NCBI RefSeq assembly: GCF_011745625.1
Contig: NW_027191492.1
Span: 1-64,000, forward strand
DNA length: 64,000 nt
Reading direction: 5' to 3'
Source: Cladosporium halotolerans
Taxonomy: Eukaryota
Shown here: piece by piece, positions 58,635 through 64,000 of the stretch
How the letters are laid out: each line of letters starts with the position of its first letter
How positions within the stretch are numbered: position 1 is the stretch's first letter
The notes under the pieces: generated by a model
Told to the model about the DNA's origin: nothing
Database searches by the model: none
The model's input: only the letters and a program-made list of their open reading frames with translations
Program-made: the position numbers and the translations under genes

Positions 58635-61122
58635 CTACAAAACCTCCCCAATGATCCTCGCCGCCTCCTTGTACGTGCCCAGCAGCTTCTCGCACTTCTC
58701 GCGCTCGCTCTTGATCGCGTCGTCCTCGTACAGCAGCTCCTCGAACAGCTCCTCCTTGTACAGCTCGCTGACCAGCCGGTTCTGCACCACGTCCTTGCTG
58801 TGGTTGACCAGCAGGTGCATGACGGCTTTCGGGACTTGGTCGGCGGTCGTCTCGCGCACGATGGCGAAGTACGAGGAGATGAGGCGGCGGATGAGCTCGG
58901 TTTCGAGGGCTTCGCGCTCGGTCAGGGCGGGGTTGGATTCGTCGTGGGGCTGGGAGGGGTTAGCTGGGGTTGGTTCTTGGGAGTTCGAGAGGCCTACGAA
59001 GCCGGTGTTTTCCTCGGCGTGCTCTTCCTCCGCGACGGGCTCGGGCAGGCTTGTCGTGCGGGTGTCGCCTCGTCGGAAGCTGGCGCTGATGCTGGGCTCG
59101 AGGTTCTGGCTGACGTGCCTGCTGGCGTGGGTGATGGCGGTCTGTTGAGGCAGAGGGCCGGACGAAGGGCCGTTCTCCTTGCCGAAGAAGTAGTTGAGGA
59201 AGCTGTCCTTTCCTGCGCCTACACCGCCGCCCGTGCCGTTGGACATGCTGGCGTTGTGTCCTAATCTGTGGCCGTCGCGGCCGATCGCGGGCGACATGCT
59301 CCTGCTCTCCTTGTTCTTGGTTGCGGGACGTACTGGCAATGCGCCGGGGGCTTGCTGGTGCTCTGTGTCTTCTTCGCCCTCCTCTGCGCCGTTGACGCCG
59401 TTCAGTTCCTTCTTCCTGCGCGCTTCACGCTTAGCCTTCTCTGCCTCCATCGCTGCCTTCTTCTCCCGCTCTTGCTTGTCCTGCATTACACTGCTCATGG
59501 CTGCCGCTGCGCCGAGGAAGTTGGGGTGATTTGTGTTGATGTATGCGCGCTGAATGGAAATGAGCGACTCAACGTATGACGAGCAGGGTCCAAGGCGTTC
59601 GCGCAGGAGATCGGAAACAACCTCAATGAGCTTGCCTTGCAGACGAGGGTAGCGAGCCAGCTCATTGAAGCCGCAGTTGTGGCAGATCTTGATCAACTCC
59701 TCGTAAACGAGCTCGACGCAGCGCTGACTGGGAATCTCGAGCAGCTTGATCTGGGGCTTGACTAGGAGATCGAAAGCAAGTTCGGGTACGAAGAGCGATG
59801 GTCGGGGTCCAGTGGAGTTGCGAATGGCCGTCCTGATGTCCTGGGCTGAGAGGTTCTGAGTGGGGTTGATGGTCTCGAGGCTGTTGCCGAAGACAGAGTT
59901 GAAGATGTAGTAAATGCGAGCGCCACCGCAAAGTTCCTTGGTGCTGATTTCAGAGCTGGTACCATCGATGGAAGAGATGAACATGGTCGCAAAGCGGGTC
60001 ATGAGCTGCAGGATGAGGGAGCCGCGGTGTTCCTTGCCAGTGAATTTGACGTCTCCATAAGAAGCCAGCTCCTGCTGCGTCTGGCCCATTAGAGTGTTGA
60101 GTCGTGCCTTGATGTCCGGAAGTCTCTCACGAATGTGGCCCATAAGAGTGGTGTTGAGGGTCTTAGCAAGGTATTGTGTTCCGCAACGAGTGGACATGTT
60201 GCGGTACGCCGGGTGCATACGGAAGAATTCGCGCTCTGCCTGGAGGGCCTCTGACAGGTTCTTGTTGCCTTGGATATCCTGCTGCGAGCGGTTGACAGTG
60301 CCAATGAATCCGAGCTTAAGAGGGTAGACGCGGCCGGAGAGGATATCAAGCGCGTTGGTGCCGTGGTCCATGAGGTCGAGCTTGGTCAAGACACCGATGG
60401 TTCGCTTGCCTGTAGGGTCGACATGACGGGCGAGCTTGAGGGCCTCGGAGTTGACAATGTCGACGTTTGCAGGCGACACAGCCAGGATGATGCTGTTGGG
60501 CTTGGCGATGTACTCGGAAATGAGGTTGCGCGTCTGCTTCTCGATATCGGTAGGCTGGTCGCCAATGGGGACCTTGGTCAAACCAGGCAGATCGACCAGG
60601 GTCAAGCTCAGAACGTGCGAAGAGTAGACCTTGAGGTGGATGGGTTGTCTGTTGATGCCCTTGTTTGCGCCAGCAATCCTGTTCGTCTCGTTCTCGATCT
60701 CCCTCTTGATTTCCTGGAAGTCATAAAAGCGGCGACCGGGGATGTGGTTGAACTCGCCCCACTCGTCTTGACCGGCGACGGACTCTGGAGTGTGAGGCAC
60801 GTGTACGGCATCATCTTCGGGCCTGTCGCTGCGCGAGGAGGGAACGTTGATAAGCTGGAGGACGAGGGGTCGTCGTGTCACGATTCCGCTACCACGAGGA
60901 AGGAAGTCGCGGCCGACGATGTTTTCAAGGACGGAGGATTTGCCGGAGGACTGCGAGCCGACTGTGACCTTTGCGCGAGTGTCAGCGAGGTGAATTTGGG
61001 AGTAGATGCGAGGGTGCACAAACAATCTGCGGCAGATCGAGCGAGTCGTTGCCGATGGTGTTGAAGACCAGGTCCTGCAGCTTGTTGACCACACCGAGCA
61101 GGTCCTCTCCGAGCGCGGCCAT
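58635..61122 (-). CDS. DNM1: Dynamin-related mitochondrial/peroxisomal fission GTPase Dnm1, intron 60969-61023
   Basis: 'MAALGEDLLGVVNKLQDLVFNTIGNDSLDLPQI|VTVGSQSSGKSSVLE', 'DLPG', 'TKLD', insert B 'SFLNYFFGK' and GED 'DQVPKAVMHLLVN'. Confidence 0.96.
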
Positions 61123-62464
61123 GGCTGGCGATGTGTGCTGCGTGTGGTGGGAGAACGAGGGGATGTGGGTGCAGTCGGCGGAGGAGGCGCGGTTGTTTGG
61201 GTGTTGCGGTGCCTGGGCTTGCGCTTCCTTGCCGGGCTCGCAGCGCCGATCCGGGTTGTTTTGGGCGCAGCGGAGGTCTGAGACACAGCCGATGGAGAAG
61301 CGAAGGGGGAGAAGCGGAGGGTGTTACTTCGAAGATGCGATGTAGGCGAGAGCGAAGGAGGGTGGAGGATGGGCAAAGAGCAGCGGCGGAGGTGCTACGG
61401 GCGCAGCGCTGAGACAGAGTTGAGGGTGATGCCGGGCGTGGATGGCACTGGACGGGCACATGCGGTGGTGTTTGGCCTTGCAAGACCGCGGAGGAGGGCG
61501 GGCGGCCTGAGGCTGCACGCGAACAGGTACAGGAAATAGCTGGCCGCAGCCGCAACGTCACCGCCCGCTCCCGCACTCGGTTCGCGCTTCCGCTTCGCCG
61601 CGTCGCGTGCCTGTCGCTCTCGGTGTCACTCTCGCCTGAGGCAGACCGTGACACCTTAGGAGATGCCTTATTATTATATTCTAGGTACTGCTATCTCATC
61701 AGTTCCCCTTCCTGCGCAATATAGATGCACGCTCGCACTCTTCACTCCCATAACAATACCGTCTCGCCAAAATCAGCAAAGAGCTGCTTCATGTTGCCAT
61801 CCACCCTCCATACAAGGCACGCGACCTTCGTTCCGTTGTTCCGCACGCTGGGGTGCATAAGGAAGCACTTAGCTGCATTGACAAGTACAGACACTGGTAA
61901 CCTCATATGCACCTCCATCTCGCTCAAGATCAAAGCATTGGAAACGTTGCACATGGTCGAGAACCTGCCAGCGCCACTGCGCCGCATCTTTGGCCGACCG
62001 GTACTTGACTGTTCTTGTTTACAAGCCAGTCCCCACCCCCTCTCTTATCGCCCACCTTTCAACGCTCGCCCGAACCATCGCCCGCCTTATCGCGGCCTTG
62101 GCTGCTGATATCCCCAGATCGGCCACGGATCCGTCTCTCATCTAAAGGTATCTTGTGAGACGATCAAGAGATAAGCAGCTCACCGTCCGACTCATTCCTC
62201 CCGCTCTCAGCCTGGGTTTGTTACCTTAAAGGTCCCTTTCCTTTGTTTCCTCCTCGCGCTCTCCATCCCGTCAACCCCGTTGACCTTCACTGCAATCTGC
62301 AATCCGCGAACAAGTCACCGCTACAATCCACCGATTTGACTGCCACGACATATACAGCGCTGCGCAGACGGTCTACAGCAAACTCTCTCTGCTCATATAG
62401 ACCTGTCCAAACGCTCCACAACAGATCATCCACAGTCGACCGCACCTGCCCTATCGTCCTCACT

Positions 62465-63417
62465 ATGGCTCCCTCAGCAATCTCCCTCGACGAAGTCGCG
62501 CACATCAACCACGTAGCCCTCACGGAGAAAGACATCAACATCGAGCACAACGTCGATGACCACGTCGCATTCGGTACCTAGAAGTCCTCCCACCTCCCTG
62601 TACCTCTGCGCCCTCCACGCCCCACACTGACCCCTCCACCTCAGGCGGCGACGACCAATGGTTCTACAACCCCAAGACCAAACGCTTCGACCTCTCCCGC
62701 GGCAGCACTCGCAAAATCACCCTTGACGCCGACGACGGCATCCGCAACCACCGCGGCGTCATGATCGACCCAGACAAGACCCTGCTCGTCGTTATCGACA
62801 TGCAGAACTACTTCGTCCACCCCTCCTTCCACGACCACAGCGAAGGCGTCAAAACCGTCCAGCCCCTCATCAGCGTCATCCAAAAGTGCAGAAGAGAAGG
62901 CATCCAAGTCTGCTGGCTGAACTGGGGCATCGACGACGCCGACCTGCGCGCCATGCCGCCCGCCGTCACGCGCGGCTTCAACAAGGCCCTCGCGCACGAG
63001 AAGGGCCATGGCTGGCACGTCGGGCTCGGCGCGCGGCTCGCGTCCGGCGAGCGCTGCCTGTTCCGCGACACCTGGAACGCGGACATCTACGACCCTCTCA
63101 AGGAGCACGTCGCCCCCTCCGACGTCCACTTCCACAAGGCCCGCATGAGCGGCCTCTGGAGCCCGGAGCTGCCCATGCACCGCTGGCTGCGCGCGAGCGG
63201 GAAGAAGACCCTGCTGTTCGCCGGCGTGAATACGGATCAGTGTTTGCTGGGCACCCTGACGGACGCGTATAGCTGGGGCTGGGATTGTATTCTCATCAGC
63301 GATTGCGCGGCGACTATGACGGGATTGGGAGCTAAGGAGGTGTGCGATTATAACATTGCGACGAACATGGGGTTTGTTACGGAGAGTGAGGTTTTCTGTC
63401 GGGCGGAGAGCTTTTGA
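62465..63417 (+). CDS. Isochorismatase-family cysteine hydrolase, intron about 62574-62644
   Basis: 'TLLVVIDMQNYF', 'HFHKARMSGLW' and 'LLFAGVNTDQCLLGTLTDAY' (Asp-Lys-Cys triad). Confidence 0.9.
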
Positions 63418-64000
63418 GGGGATGATGGGATGAGTGGGCTGGGGATGGAAGTGCGGTCTTGAGGATTCTTGAGTCCTCGCCGATGTTTTGTATTGGTCAT
63501 GATTTGATTTTAGCGAGGCGTCATGGGTCGATTTGTTACGAATTCCTTGGTCGGAAATTTTGCGGACGACGATACCCTTTCATACATAACATATGGACAA
63601 GCCACTATTTCCATCTTATTAGTTGACAGGTATAATTCGGGCAAGTGGACTTTGATTAAGCTGAGAGAGAATACTTCCACCGCAGTGATCAATGGTTGGT
63701 GGTAACGTGGCGCCCAATCATGTGTTAGCACCTTTGCACGTACACCAGAATTACCATCTGAAAGGAAGCCGCAGATATCCAGTTAGATATTCAAAGACAA
63801 CGGGATCTTTAGTGGATCACATGTCTAAACCGGATGTCCTGCTTCTCATGATGCTCTCCCCACGTCAACGTGCAGATCGCTACCATTGGACTTGGGGAAT
63901 CTGGGCAAGTGGGGCATGAGGCACGCGAGCAGCATCGGAAGTGTAAGGTATTCGTGAGCTTCTGTCTTCTTCACCTTACCATTCTCTGGAGAGGTCACTC

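Noticed and set aside
61123..61376. N-terminal extension of DNM1 shown in the ORF track
   Set aside because: It reads through the intron and UTR from a non-ATG start; the conserved start is MAALGEDLL at 61122.
1..64000. CRISPR arrays, rRNA, tRNA, intact transposase or Starship captain, PKS/NRPS core genes
   Set aside because: None recognised by eye. The 4CL-like ligase and FAD oxidoreductase sit among housekeeping genes without a biosynthetic backbone gene.

Overview
Eukaryotic, intron-containing DNA from a filamentous ascomycete. Short GT-AG introns with CTRAC/CTAAC branch points, RIP-type AT-rich relics and the gene families present suggest a Dothideomycete, probably Mycosphaerellales-like; the taxon is inference. 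The window holds about 30 genes. Housekeeping genes include YOS9, MPS1, TMA22, SQT1 and DNM1. Accessory genes include five MFS transporters, acetolactate decarboxylase, a CobW/ZNG1 GTPase, a luciferase-like monooxygenase, a peroxisomal acyl-CoA ligase, an FAD oxidoreductase and an isochorismatase-family enzyme. Highlights: (1) a candidate anhydro-sugar catabolic cluster at 22.0-29.8 kb (P5C-reductase-like gene, Zn2Cys6 TF, divergent levoglucosan-kinase/AnmK-family kinase, divergently transcribed sugar porter) with shared CGG-type motifs; (2) an intronless stand-alone Cul1 N-terminal 'mini-cullin'; (3) a decayed block at about 30-38 kb with a RIP-damaged gatA pseudogene, a 1.7-kb RIP relic and a truncated Dal5-family transporter; (4) recurrent focal C-rich-to-G-rich skew switches inside many genes; (5) a spliced MYND zinc-finger gene missed by the ORF track, and a GC-AG intron. 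All family assignments come from motif recognition by eye; no database searches were run.
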